Source: Octopus vulgaris | Lineage: Eukaryota | Length of the DNA stretch: 64,000 nucleotides | Assembly: GCA_951406725.2 (NCBI GenBank) | Contig: OX597828.1 | Coordinates: forward strand, 78,120,001-78,184,000 | Direction: 5' to 3' | Shown: piece after piece, positions 25,677 to 37,589 of the stretch | How positions within the stretch are numbered: the first letter of the stretch is position 1 | Layout of the letters: every line of letters starts with the position of its first letter | Position numbers and translations under genes: made by a program | Notes under the pieces: generated by a model | The model's input: only the letters and a program-made list of their open reading frames with translations | Database searches by the model: none | What the model was told of the DNA's origin: nothing

Positions 25677-27240
25677 AGGTTTATTTTGAAGGATCACAAA
25701 CCAAATTTTTTTACTAACCCATCATTAAGGCTTATCTGCCCTTCTAGCTCTGACATCGGTATCCTTAGTAAAAATATACTAGATAAATATATTCCTAATC
25801 TAATCAAAACATTAAAACTTAGCTTATGGACTAATTCATTTGACGTAGTTGACTGGTTTAGGTCTATTAACAGTAAGGTGAGTACGAAGTTTATCCAGTT
25901 TGATATTTCCAATTTTTATTCGTCTATTAATCCTATAGTACTTAATAAGGCACTTTGGCTTGCTCATAACAAAGCTGGTCTCACCCGAGAAGAAATTAAT
26001 GTTGTGTTGGCAGCCAGAAGATCTATTATTAAATTTGATGATAAGTTGTGGGTCCGTAAAGACACACCAGATAGTTTCGATATACCTATGGGAAGTTCTG
26101 ATTCAGCACAGATAGCTGATTTGGTCTGTATATACTTATTCTTTTTGAAATATTTCATTTAGATTATCTAAATTATCTGCTAATGTTGATTTTTTCAGTT
26201 TTTAAAAATCGTTTTTGATGACAATAATATTACGCTGAATTCTATAACTAAACCGTTGACCTTTAATCAAAGCAGGTTATAGTTAAGAATATTTCAGAAA
26301 AATTATCTGCTAATGTTGATATTTTCAATAATAACAATTGATTCTGCCTTAATCTCAGTCTAATTGTAAATTCAATAATGTAGATAAGATTTCTAGTCGT
26401 AAAAGAATTATTGATAACAAACATAACTTACGCACCGATACAAAGCGAATGAAGGCAGATAACCCTTATTTATTCCCCTATTACCGATCTAAAAGTAAAT
26501 ATAACACCTTCAAAAGTAATTACGCTATGAATACTAGTAAAAATATTTGGTTAATAATTCCTTACGGGAGACAAATTAAATCTAATCTCCCACTGCTGTT
26601 TCGTCAAGCTATTGCTAGGAATTTTCCAAATAATTCTAGATATTACTCTATAATTAATTCACATAAGGTTAGGATAGGTTTTTCAAACACAAAAAATCTC
26701 TTGCAAATTATATCTTCTCATAATAACAAACTGTTAAATATTAATACATTTACTAATACTAACATTAATTTAGCTACTACCATCCAACCCTCTAGAAATA
26801 TTAATAACAAGGTTATTGTATCTGAAGTCAATCCCAATAGAATTAAATTTATGTCAAGTAACTCTAAGATTAAAAATTCTATATACCAGTGTATAATCAG
26901 TACTCGTAATAAAGTACGATTTTACATTGGAAGCACATCGTTAGAGTTATCTAAGAGAATTTCTATCCATTACTCAACATTTAGAGATAGAAATAAACGG
27001 AATAGTACCGGTCTCAGCAAACTGATTTGGAATTTAAAAGACCACAATGAACAATTTCATTTGGAATGGTTGATCCTCTCAATTTCGATACCATATGACA
27101 AAGGCAAGAAATTCTGTCTTCTCTGCAATTCTGAGCTATTTTTCATTATTTTTTCTAAAAATACTCTAGTAAACACGGTTATAGAACGAGCATACAGATG
27201 TAAGCATTGGCAAAAGCATACTTTTAGTGCATATAAGTAG
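25677..27240 (+). pseudogene. 5'-truncated, internally deleted copy of the PLE ORF (intact 263-aa C-terminal GIY-YIG frame at 26449-27240)
   Basis: ORFs 25641-26162 and 26449-27240 are nearly identical in protein sequence to the minus-strand copy; the YRDD region is replaced by a scrambled segment at ~26135-26360. Confidence 0.88.
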
Positions 27241-27424
27241 TCTCTAGACTTTAATTTCCTTTATATTTAACATTCACTATTAATATCCCTACTCTTTCTG
27301 TTAGCTACTTATGACGTTATATCATATAACGTTTTTTTAAACAATATTAATAGCGTTCTGTCTATCGCTATACGAATCCATCATTTTTTGCTAAAATGTC
27401 GTATTGACAAGTTTCGTTTTTTCA

Positions 27425-27509
27425 CTTTCCCGAAGAGAAGATTGCATTGTTTATACCTTTTATTCTTTTGAATAAGTATCAGTGGAATTTTTGAAACATA
27501 TGTAGAAAG
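27425..27509 (+). ncRNA. type I hammerhead ribozyme in PLE 3' UTR/pLTR (CCGAAGA core variant)
   Basis: CTTTC-CCGAAGA-[long stem II: GAAGATT/AATTTTT, CATTG/CAGTG, ATAC/GTAT, TTATTC/GAATAA]-GAAA-CATATG-TA^GAAAG. Predicted cleavage after 27504. Confidence 0.7.
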
Positions 27510-27633
27510 AAAAAATACTTGTTTAAACCTGCGTTGACTCCATTTTTTATTCCTATATATATATATATATATATATATACGTGTTTGTGTGTATATATAT
27601 ATATATATATATATACATGTGTGTGTGTGTGTA

Positions 27634-27707
<74 letters not shown>

Positions 27708-27761
27708 CACACGTGTGTGTATATATATACATGTGTGTGTGTATATATATATATATATACA

Positions 27762-27806
<45 letters not shown>

Positions 27807-27811
<5 letters not shown>

Positions 27812-28206
27812 GGAGTGGCTGTGTGGTAAGTAGCTTGTTTACCAACCACATGTTTCTGGGTTCAGTCCCACTGCATGGCACCTTGGGCAAGTGTCTTCTA
27901 CTATAGCCTCGGGCCGACCAAAGCCTTGTGAGTGGATTTGGTAGGCGGAAACTGAAAGAAGCCCGTCGTATATATGTATATATATATATATATATATGCG
28001 TGTGTGTGTTTGTCCCCCTAGCATTGCTTGACAACCGATGCTGGTGTGTTTATGTCCCCGTTACTTAGCAGTTCGGCAAAAGAGACCGATACAATAAGTA
28101 CTGGGCTTACAAAAGAATAAGTCCTGGGGTCGAGTTGCTCGATTAAAGGCGGTGCTCCAGCATGGCCGCAGTCAAATGACTGAAACAAGTAAAAGCGTAA
28201 AAGCGT
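27807..28206 (+). mobile_element. full-length tRNA-derived SINE (family 1, CORE-like middle, internal TA/TG microsatellite)
   Basis: A-box tggctgtgtggt, B-box ggttcagtcc, gcaccttgggcaagtg core, and 3' tail shared with the LINE at 2378-2420. More than 15 copies in the window, e.g. 6628-6982 (-), 40060-40415 (-), 46148-46480 (+), 51675-52084 (-), 55495-55905 (+). Confidence 0.85.
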
Positions 28207-28218
28207 AATATATATACA

Positions 28219-28287
<69 letters not shown>

Positions 28288-29585
28288 CGTAAAAATTATA
28301 TATAGATATCAATAATGATTATATGGACTGCAGCATAGCTGTAAGATGTTACTGGACCATTCATAACCACATGAATATAATTTCAATTCTCACTACAGTG
28401 ATTGTGTTATTTATTTGAACAAAATCCTACAGCTCTATAATTGCTGGCTTTTACTGTATTTGCCCCACTAAGCATAAACCAGACTCTGTTTGCTCTGACT
28501 TTCACGGTTGAATGGTTAGAGTAGGAAGGGCATCCAGCTGTGAAAGCAATTACTCCCTGAAATAAACCACCACATGCATGCAAGCATGAAAAATGGATTT
28601 AAAACCACCTTAATGATTTAACTTAATATACACACACAGGCATACAGATGCACATACATTTCCTAACACATACTAGGAAACAAACACACACGCTCTCTCT
28701 TTATTTTCTGGTATACAGGTCTGCATAGTTTATAGTCTAAACATTCAAATGCTGTCCTTATCTTTCCAAATCCTGTTGCATTTCATATGGAATTTTGGTT
28801 TTCCAAAGTCATCTACCATTTTTGTTTTTTTTTTTGAACATGGCTGTAAATTTTGGTTTGAAAAATTCAACTTCTATGCTAGAAAACATAGTAATATAGA
28901 GAATAAAAGAATTATAAATGGGTGTCCATTGGCATAACTTTTAAGTTATTCATTCACTGAACTTGGTTCTTGTTGAATTATATCTGACTGAGTATTTCTC
29001 AGATTCTAGTCCCTTTAACATAAAGCTCAGGTAGATGGCTTAATGTGTTACCCTGTATAACAAGGCTGGTCAGCCCAGCTCAAGGGTTTCCTCACACTTT
29101 CAGTTACAACACTTGGGTTGGCCCACAACTGTGGTAAAAGATTCTTTGCCAAAATATCTTACAGTAAAGACTGAACCTAGAACCTTAACATTGTAATGTG
29201 AACTTCTAAACCACTTGGTTGAACCTTGTCCACTACTTCTGCTTAACTTTCTTCTCCAGAGGAATTTTATGAGGTGGAGAAATAAAACTGTTGATTAGTA
29301 ATCTGTGATTTTTAATTATTCGTTAATTAATTTTAACTCATTTGAATATGTTCTGATAAAAGACACGGCTACCTTCACCGGCATTCTCCTTCCATCTCCT
29401 ATAATTCCAAAGAATCCAATAAATTACAGCATATTGTTGGTCTTGTTGAAGCAGATAGGTCACAACCAGGCATAGTGCATCTTGGATAACACTATTCAAT
29501 GTGTTCATTTTTAAGACAGTACAATGAAATCAGAAAGAAAGTTTGGCTGCTATTTTTAGCAAGTCAGTTACCCTATAACATTGTA

Positions 29586-29784
29586 CCATATTTTCTGGCA
29601 TATGAGCCGATGTATATAATAAACATAGTGTGAATATTCAAACATTGTTACTATCTTTCCGAAACCTGGTGAATTTCACAAGGAATTTCTGGTCCTCCAA
29701 AGTCGACTGGGTGTATAAGTTGACCCACCTCTTTGGTTATTTATTTTGGTCTGAAAAGTTCAACTTATCTGCTTGAAAATATGG
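29586..29784. mobile_element. Tc1/pogo-type MITE, decayed
   Basis: TA|CCATATTTTC...GAAAATATGG termini with internal gtcgac/tataagttgaccc motifs. Confidence 0.5.
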
Positions 29785-30685
29785 TTTCTGTGTATTAGAA
29801 GTAAGCTCTACTGTTGACTGTGGTACTTTGCTGTTCTGTACTTTGATTGTTCTTTCATCCTTGCTTTCGCATAGAATTATTGGCACTCAATCTTTCTTTT
29901 GTAACATTAACATTGATGTATTAAATACACTTAAGTGGGATTTGAATTTTGATCCATAAAACTACAAATTAATCCAATTAACTTTTTAATGCTCCACATA
30001 TGTTAACACTAAATTACCTGTTAAACATACTATAGGGTACTTCAACTGATGTTTCTGTAGCTTTAGAGAAGCTTACTCTTCAATGGTTCTGTTTTCATGA
30101 GAGAGATCTCTTTCAACAGCTCAATAAAAGTGTGAATCACATAGGGGCTATGACTTGCTTTTCTCAAATCACACCCTATCAGATTAGGATCTAACGGTTG
30201 TCTCTTATGTTTGAGAAAGGTGGTTCTGCAACTAATTGCTTAACAAACTGCATGGATCATTTATTTATAGTGACCAAATGTTTGTGCTGCCCATAATCTC
30301 GCTTGGCATTGCTATGTACAGGTGAACAGAGTGCTGCACATTAGATGTCAAAGGGATTTGAAAGCAACGGGAGATGAATTGTCTTGTTCAAGAACACAGT
30401 GCACCACCTGTTCCAGGAATCGAAACCACAATCATGTGAATTTCAGTGCAACCGTCTGACAGTTAGACCACATGTCTAGAATACAATAGAAGGAATGCAT
30501 TGCATAATGTAGTCCTAGATACACATTGCTTAAAATGAAAGAAAATGGTCATAATTGACAAACTTTTGTTCAGGTGTGCCTGATGAGGGTTGAACTAGAG
30601 CCAAACAGCATTTTATAAGGAAATGATTATTGTCAACTGCATTGACCTCCAGTCTGTAACTGGTACTGCCTTACATCACAATAAT

Positions 30686-31061
30686 AACAAGAGCACTGAG
30701 AGAGTGCAAACCTCTGCCAAGGCAACACCAATGTCCTCTCAACGATTAGCCAGAGATAATTTTTAAAATGAGAATATCTGAAATAAACTCAACTGCTTTC
30801 ACAAACAAGAATGCTTAAAATGAACCTGTCCACTCTCGAAAATTAATAAAAAAAACAAAAAAAAACGGAAAAGTAATCCAGAATCCTTGTCCGGTACTGG
30901 ATCGATCCCAAAATCTAATCAGTTCATGCCAGTCATGAGGCCAAACATCCCTGAAAGTTTAATTGAAATCCATCCAGTGGTTCTTGAGTTATCTTGCCCA
31001 CAGACAAACAAACAAACATGACTGAAAAGAATACCCCCCCCCTTCACTAAGGCAGAGGTAA
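30686..31061 (+). mobile_element. Helentron-associated (HINE/DINE-1-like) non-autonomous element
   Basis: AACAAGAG end, short hairpin gcact..agtgc, subterminal inverted repeat acctctgcc / ggcagaggt, internal (ACAA)n microsatellite. Confidence 0.55.
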
Positions 31062-34000
31062 TAAGTACTTATGGACACTGCACGGGCAAGTTACATGCAG
31101 GCTCCTGTCTCTATTGATGCAAATTCACTTTCTTAATGCAAATTATACCCTTAGGAAAGGCATGAACTTCACAGTTCCATGAAATACAAGATTTTGTTGT
31201 TATCAGAATAAAAAAAAAATTAGAAAATAATAAAAGCAATTATTTGCTAACACATAAGAAGCATGAGATGCACCTTTCATTTTACAAGTATATTTTGTGG
31301 AAATCGAAAAATAAATTTGTTTTGTTACACACTTTTTGAAAGATATTTCAAAGTGGTTTTGCTGGGTGAAGTTCATAATTTGTGCATGTAATGCTTTGAC
31401 AACAAACCAGAATAAACTATGAAACTATGAATTTATCATACATAGACTATGTGAAACGAGTATTGTGTTTCAACTTTATCTTTTTCCAGATCAACTGTAT
31501 TGTTTGTATTTTAGTCAGGAGAGTTGCAGTACAGAATGTAAAACTTGTATTTTTGGCTGTGATGTTTTGTGTTACCATGGTTGGCCACCAAAGTGGTGCA
31601 TCGCTCATATGATTTTGTTGTCGTCCATTCATTGCAAACATCTGACAGATGGATGAAAGTTTAACAGTCCTTTAATCTTTCTAGGAGAATTTTCATTTTG
31701 ATAATTAAAAAAAAATGTTTCTCAAAGGTAACACAGCCATTAAATAATGTAAGGCACTTATCAGGTGTATGTTTGCTAGGTAAGGAGGTATAACAAGGTG
31801 ATGTGATCTCTACACATATCTGCTGACTCACTATAAGCAATTTTTCTTAAGTTTGAGGGGACAGACTGAGATAAAGGGACAGGTGTGTATATAGTCCATT
31901 GAATGTCCTGATATATCACTGGTACTTATATGAACTCAGAAATGTCAAGAATTGACCTTAAAACATTGCTCTCTGTTTCTTGCTTGCCAACTCACTTCCT
32001 GCCCCTTAGAAACAGGGTTAGAATATAGAACAGGCATGGACAATCTTATTTGAGAAGTGGGCACATAAGACATCATCGTCCTCATCATCAAGCAGGCTAC
32101 ACTACTAGAAAAATTCCAGGTAATTTCTTGTTGGCCTGCCATTTAGAAAGTGCTCTGGGCCCTGTGTCTTGTGGGCCATAGTTTACTCTTGACCAGTATA
32201 GAATAACTGAAGAAATGAAATCCATTTATTGTTACAGAAATACTTTTACCTGCCCCTGCCACCTGCCTCCCCACTATTAGTAAAATGGGCTGTAGCTAAC
32301 GATTGGTTGTGAATCATTGAATTGATTTCTTCAATATTGTTTATGATTAATTTAGTCTTGTTGGCAAGTGAATATTGGTAGTTGGCCAGTGAAGTCATTA
32401 TCAACTAGGACCAAAAAAAAAACAAACAAAAAAACCACCACCACCACTGCCAAAAGCATGGACTCTAAAACTTCTATTATTGAACTGCTGCTATCTTGTG
32501 GTCAGACAAATAGATGCTTGCCTCAGCAACTGAATGTTTAGTTAACATTCTGTTTGTAAAGAAAGCTTGCTTGCTGTCATTTTTTTCTCCCTTTTAATGC
32601 ATTTGTGAGTGTGTATGTGGTCTAGCGGTTAGCGTGTTGCACATGGTACATTGTGTTCTTCAGAAAATCACTTCATTTCATGTTGCTCCAGTCCACTCAG
32701 CTGTAAATGGGTCACCCCTGCAACAGGATAACCTTCTGATCAGAGGTAATGTTGCCCTGCTTGCTTGTCCAGCAGGGTGGCATCATATGAAAGCTAAAAC
32801 AATATGAAGCACATTGTAACCAGCAATGTATAACAACACCTGATAGTCTAATAGATGCCATAATATGTATGTGTGTGTGTATAGAAGGGCTCTGGTGAAT
32901 AGGAATTGGCTTAAGACTGAACCCTCATACACTGCTACCTTCCTGTTAAATTCCTCACTGAACTGTAGTGCTGAGTTCAATTTCAGTCATAAACCAAACC
33001 AAATCTGCCATTTAAGGGGCCATTTATCTGCTCTCCATTTAACAGTATAAAGACTGGAATTGTGCAGCACCCTTAAGAGGAGTAGGGAGTGCAGGGATTC
33101 AAAGAGGATGACACTGTAACCCTGTTGCTTTTCAGTTAACCCTGCAGATACACCAGGCTTACCAACATGGTTCCATCAGGAATGTGTTCTTTGAGACGCC
33201 ATACAACTACCCTGTCTGGCCCTTTCTTCAGCCTTATCATTTACCGTTTACTTGATTCAGTCATTGGGTTTACGGCCAAGCTGGGGTACTGTTTTGAAGG
33301 TTTTAGTCAAAGAAATCGGCCCCGGTACTTATTTTTAGATCTGGTGCTTACTCAGTCAGACTTTTGGTCAACCACTAAGTTATAGGGATGTAAACAAACC
33401 AGCATTGGTTCTCAAGCAGTGGCAAGGGACAGACACACACACACACACACACATTTATGTATATAAATATGACATGACAGGCTTCCACACAATTTCAATC
33501 TACCAGATTTGCTCATAAAGTATTAAACATCCTGGGGCCATAGGAGAAATTTACCCAAGGTGCTGTGCAGTGGGACTGAACCCAAACCCATGTTGTTGCA
33601 TAGCGAGCTTCTTAAGCACACAGACATGCTTATATATTATTAGTCTTTTGAAACACACACACAAAATTAATTGTAGCTGTAAGTCTGTTGTCAGTGAGTT
33701 TAATAATCTTTTTCCAGTCACTGTAAACTGGTTTGTACTCTGTATACAACTCTACCATGGCCATCACTGCAGCTACTACCATTGATACAACCACCACCAC
33801 TATCATCACCACCAAGCTACTGCCATCACCACAACCTTCACAACCACTACCACTGACATCACAACACTATCAGCACTACCACTACCATCTTCACCACTAC
33901 ACTGACCACCACTACTACCATCTACACCACTACAACCATAACCATCACTGTTGCTATGACAATATGTCACTATTTTAATTGCAATTTTTATTTATAATAA

Positions 34001-34346
34001 CTTGTCAATTCTTCTGTCACTAGCAGCACTTTTAGTGAGTTACCACCACACACACACAAACATGTACACACACAAGCACATACGTGCATACATGGACATA
34101 CACGCAGAGGCATAAAACCAGTGTTAACGATAAACCTGTTGTTAGTGACTTGAAGTGAAAGAAGATTCTATGAAGTGGTGTGTGTGTATGCAGGTGTTGC
34201 TGTGTAGTATGAAGCTTGCTTTCCAACCACATGATCCTGGGTTCACTCCCATTGCATAGCACCTCAGACAGATGTCTTCTTTTATAGCCTTGGGCCCATT
34301 AAATATTTCTGAGTGGATTTGGTAGACAAACTAAAAGAAGTTTGTC

Positions 34347-34391
<45 letters not shown>

Positions 34392-34451
34392 TACATTATA
34401 TATACTTAAAGAAGCCATTGTATGTGTGCATGTATATATATATCTATATTA

Positions 34452-35349
34452 TATGTAGAAAAATACAAACTGGGACAAGAACGTAAAACATTTAGAAGAC
34501 GATACAAAAAACACGGACGGGACATTCGAAGCCTTCAATCTTCAGTCAAGAACCAGATCATCCTAGCAATTTCAGCTGATTAATCTTGAGATCGCTCCGA
34601 TCTGGCCAGCCCCAAGGAAAATCTAAGCTACGAGCATTAGATTTCTTGGAAGAAGGATCGAATGTATACGAAACAGGGACAGAAAAACGGACGATGCCAC
34701 ACGAATATAAAATACAAAAAACAATAATGGTAAAAACAGGACAAAAACAGCAGGTGTCTTACGGCTAATAAACAGTACAAGTTTAGCTGGCGTATTTGGA
34801 AAAAATGCCTTTATCGGCAGACGAAGACAACGATGTTCTCACGGCAGTGGTCGGAGGCCAAAAAGGCTGATTTGACCACCGGTCACGTGAGAGAAGAGAG
34901 AGAAAAGGAAAAGAGCAAAGGAAACAAAGAGAGAGAGAAAAAGAGACGAAGGCAACAAAGGGGGGAGAAGAGAGAGAAAGAAGGAATTAAAGAGGGGAGA
35001 AGAAAGAGTGCTTGTGAGTGCAAAGTGAGAAAGACAGAGAAATGTGAGAGAGTGGGGGAAGAGTAGACCAAAGAATCAGAGGCAAGAAAAGAGAAAAGGA
35101 GGAGAAGTAGAGAGAGGGAGAAGGGGACAGATCAGAGTAGAGTGCAAAGTGTGAAAGGCAGAGAAATGTAGGAGAGAGAGACAGTGTGTAGAGTCGTACC
35201 AAATTTACAGGAATATGTACTTACATAAGGCCAACGAGGGTACGGACGCCGCTATATATATCATGTAGAAAAATACAAACTGGGACGAGAACGTAAAACA
35301 TTTAGAAGACGATACAAAAAACACTGACGGGACATTCGAAGCCTTCAAT

Positions 35350-35352
<3 letters not shown>
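34452..35352 (-). mobile_element. non-coding ~810-bp repeat unit with ~90-bp terminal direct repeat in (TA)n (PLE pLTR-plus-tail or retrozyme-like)
   Basis: 34452-34542 matches 35263-35352 almost exactly. CpG-rich (young), pyrimidine-rich minus strand, TA tracts on both sides, no ORF. Confidence 0.7.
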
Positions 35353-35385
<33 letters not shown>

Positions 35386-35472
35386 AAATTTATAAGAAAA
35401 CAAAAGATGAAGACAGGTGTATGAACAATGAGCAAGTGTAATTAGTTTGATGCTTGGGAAAAATGAAAAAGT

Positions 35473-35508
35473 CTTTTATGTTTTGAGCCTATGCTCTTCA
35501 GCAGAAAG
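35473..35508 (-). ncRNA. decayed minimal hammerhead in a short PLE-tail repeat (~35380-35570)
   Basis: Minus strand: CTTT-CTGCTGA-A-GAGC-ATAG-GCTC-AAAA-CA-TA^AAAG. Stems I and II intact; core has substitutions, two of them consistent with CpG decay of GAAACG. Confidence 0.55.
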
Positions 35509-36610
35509 GAATAAGAGAAAATAAACCGAGAGAGAATGAAAAAAACTTGTAGATTTCAGTGGTCCATTACGACACTCTGTATATACAGGCCAGTCTGCAG
35601 AAATTGGTTGGCCTTAGTAAAGGCATCCTGCTGTAGAACCCATGCTACAACTGAGACGTTAGATTCTGTTGAACCTTCCAGCCCATGCCAGCATGGAATG
35701 GGGATGTAAGATGATGATACCAGTGTGTGTGTTGGTCTCTTCTTTTGCGGTACTGGTAGTGGTGGTCTTCGTACTGCTGCTGCTGTTGTTGTTTGCCTTC
35801 TTCCTGCCGTTGGTGTTTCTATTTCTTTTTATTGTTGCTGTTGTTGTAGGTATTGTTTGATTATTATTGTTGTTGTTGTTGCAGCTGCCTGACTCTTGTT
35901 ACACATGATGTCCCACAGAAATTAGTTTCCAGACTAATTGTATTCTTTCTCACTTAGAAAATGTAGTTAATTACAGAAAATGTAGTAATTTGTCGGAGTG
36001 GCACTTTGTTTCTATTCAGTACACATATACACACATACACGACTGTATATACATACTTGTGTGCACATACACACATGCACACATGCGTGTGTGTAGTATG
36101 GTCCATCTGTTGTCTGTGAACCTTGTGACATGTTTGGTCCATTGGAACTCGTGCTTTTGATATTCTGTAACAACGTCATTCACTCCACACTATTCTTGAA
36201 TTACCCCATTTGAGATATGCTTTTGCTGTGATATTCCTAAATGTGGGTCTTTCCACGACCCTCTGACTCATAGCCAATCAGTTTTCTTCCCTCGTTGTAG
36301 CAGTTCATGTCTCTCACTTGCATTTAAGAGAACTGATAGGCCGGTGCTATTGAAGAGACTGACATGTAGGGTCAAGTCCAAGCTTTGTGTTGAGCACATT
36401 TTCTATTGCCGAGAAAGGACATTCAGAAGGTCTCTATGTCAACGGGAAGATATAGTAAAGATTGTTTGCCAACATACATTGGCAGTCCTGGTTTAAGACT
36501 AATGTTACTGTAGTTTATTCCCAGGAGACATCGTATCTAGCTGGCTACACGACATGATCTGTGTCCTTATACTTTTGAACAAGCGAATCTAGCACCTCCA
36601 TTCAGCTCAA

Positions 36611-36671
36611 AACAATATCTGTGTATCACAATTTCTGGGTTATTTCTCTTCATCAGCACAGAATAATTGTT
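36611..36671 (-). ncRNA. decayed type I hammerhead (left arm)
   Basis: AACAAT..TCTGTG-CTGATGA-AGAGAAATAACCCA-GAAA-TTGTGA-TA^CACAGA-TATTGTT. Confidence 0.65.
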
Positions 36672-36830
36672 TGGCAAGAGGTAGCGCTGCCAAATTCCCA
36701 TTCGAAATATATAGTTTTCAGTGACAACTAATTACTGATTTATAAATTAGAAAATTACTATTTTTAAATCTCACAACTTGAGATATTTGAAAACTATATA
36801 TTTCGAACAGAAATTTGGCACCTCTAGCTG

Positions 36831-36891
36831 AACAATTATTCTGAGCTGATGAAGAGAAATAACCCAGAAATCACGGTACACAGATATTGTT
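36831..36891 (+). ncRNA. decayed type I hammerhead (right arm)
   Basis: AACAAT..TCTGAG-CTGATGA-AGAGAAATAACCCA-GAAA-TCACGG-TA^CACAGA-TATTGTT. Confidence 0.65.
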
Positions 36892-37362
36892 TTGAGATGA
36901 GTGAGGGTGCTAGATCGTGTCGTATACACTGATCAGGTTTGTTTCTGCCAGAGCTAACCAATATGGTATGCCGGTATCTCCATTGAGAGCTTGCTGGTGC
37001 AGGGTAATAAGGTGTGTGTGTGTGTTTGTATTTCTTTGCAATTTACTTAATTTTTTCTTAGTAGTGTTCAAGCTCCAACAAATTCTGTTTCCCCTATGCA
37101 AGCATGGAAAGGTAGACATTACATGATGACAATGGCGTTCATTTGTGGTTCAAATAAATAAAGGTGTTTAATACAAACTTGTTTATACTCTCTCTCTCTC
37201 CATTTATTTTCTGATTTTGCTTTGGATTAGCAATACTCATAAACTGATGTTAGAACTTGATATACACATGCTTCAGAATAAATTAATAAAGTGTTAGGAG
37301 AATAAAGCACTTAATATGAATTACTGGAATGACAAAAGAACCAAAAGTACATAACTTCATTT

Positions 37363-37442
37363 ACTTACAGCTGTTTCTGCTGTAAGGCACATTGTATTCA
37401 GAGCTGTGTGTTTGTGCATCACCTTGTAGCTTCCACAGAGCC
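37363..37442 (-). ncRNA. decayed type I hammerhead
   Basis: Minus strand: GCT-CTGTGGA-A-GCT..AAGG...CCTT..AGC-A-GAAA-CAGCTG-TA^AGT. One core mismatch; palindromic stem III. Confidence 0.45.
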
Positions 37443-37589
37443 TTTAAAAACGGAGTGTATGTTTATTTGGGAAAACATTTAAATACACAGGAAAGGTCAT
37501 CATGAAAGTGATGAAAATACATAAGTAGTGATGTATACAGTTTGTGGGAGAGAATCGGATCCCAGAAATATGCAGATTTCAATAATATG

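Larger units (their letters stand above)
36587..36915. repeat. ~130-bp inverted repeat (67-bp spacer), each arm carrying a hammerhead motif
   Basis: 36587-36720 matches the reverse complement of 36788-36915 at roughly 85% identity by eye. Confidence 0.85.

Noticed and set aside
27381-28034. Long ORFs rich in YI/CV/HT dipeptides (also at 4.4, 13, 21, 40.6, 58.4 and 62.5 kb)
   Set aside because: Translations of (TA)n, (TG)n, (CA)n and (TATC)n microsatellites and SINE bodies; no protein signal.
30575-30612. CTGATGA-GGGTT..AGCC-AAAC hammerhead-like string
   Set aside because: No GAAA, no stem I partner and no NUH site; part of a different decayed repeat.
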